From Vicugna vicugna (lineage: Eukaryota), in assembly GCA_013265495.1 (NCBI GenBank), contig MU058444.1:1860001-1924000 (forward strand): a stretch of DNA of 64,000 bases, in the 5' to 3' direction. Position numbers and translations under genes: made by a program. Positions 63,265-64,000 of this stretch are shown here, one piece after another; the stretch's first letter is position 1, and each line of letters opens with the position of its first letter. The notes under the pieces are model-generated. The model saw only the letters and a list, made by a program, of their open reading frames with translations. It was not told where the DNA came from and ran no database searches.

Positions 63265-64000
63265 CAGGCATACTTCAGAGATATCACAGGTTCAGTTCTA
63301 GACCACCACAATAAAGTGAATGTCACAATTAAGTGAGTCATGAGAATTTTTTGCTTCTCCAGGGCATATGAGATGTTTATCTTTACACTCTAATGTAGTC
63401 TTTTAAGACATAGCATTATGTTAAAAAAATGGACATAATTCAGAAATACCTTACTGCTAAAAACTGCTAGCCATCATCCGAGCCTTCATCAAGCCATAAT
63501 TTTTTTGCTGGTGGAGTTTTTCCTTGATGTTGGTGGCTGCTAACTGATCAGGGTTGTGGCTGCCAAGGGTTGGGGTGGCTGTGGCAATTTCTTAAAACAA
63601 GACAACAATGAAATTTGCCACATCAGCTGACTCCCTTTCACGATTTCTTTGCAGCATGCAATGCTGTGTGATAGCATTTTACCCACAATAGAAATTATTT
63701 CAATACTGGAATCAATCCTCTCAAAGTCTGCTGCTGCTTTATCAGTTACATTTATGTAATACTCCGATCCTGTGCTGTCATTTCAACAATGTTCACAGTA
63801 TCCCCACTAGGAGCAGTTTCCATCGTAAGAAACCACGTTCTCTGCTCGTCCAGAAGAAGTACCTCCTCGTCGTTCAGGTTGTACCCTGAGATTTCAGCAA
63901 TTCATTCACATCTTCAGACTCCACTTCTACTGCTGGCTCTCTTGCGATTTCCACCACATCTGCAGTTACTTTGTCCACTAGAGTCTTGAACCCCTCGGTC
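63265..64000 (-). mobile_element. Tigger1 DNA transposon (3' part), runs off the window
   Basis: TA followed by terminal 'caggcatacttcagagatatcacaggttcagttctagaccacc', continuing into decayed antisense transposase sequence. Confidence 0.9.

Overview
Mammalian genomic DNA, most likely camelid (camel/alpaca/llama). It carries six tRNA-derived Vic-1-type SINEs and artiodactyl-type L1 3' ends, and I saw no Alu, B1, Bov-tA/Bov-A2 or PRE SINEs. I recognise no host protein-coding gene. The only ORFs with recognisable products are decayed L1 ORF2 pieces, so the window looks intergenic or intronic. Much of it is interspersed repeat: young and old L1, MIR/L2, MaLR, several ERV1-type solo LTRs, a ~4.8 kb non-coding ERV1-like provirus, and Tigger/hAT fossils. 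The most notable element is a ~340-bp 'mini-L1' at 54655-54995 (-). It fuses the first 165 nt of an L1 5' UTR directly to the last ~170 nt of the 3' UTR at what looks like an L1-internal splice acceptor, and has a poly(A), a TSD and an endonuclease site. This suggests a fully spliced L1 retrocopy, possibly a member of a SINE-like family. Other points of interest are a perfect 98-bp duplication with a templated-looking junction, a ~100-nt hairpin in unique sequence, CTCF motifs and candidate minus-strand exons. Repeat family names come from recall of consensus sequences, not from a search. Boundaries of old repeats are approximate.
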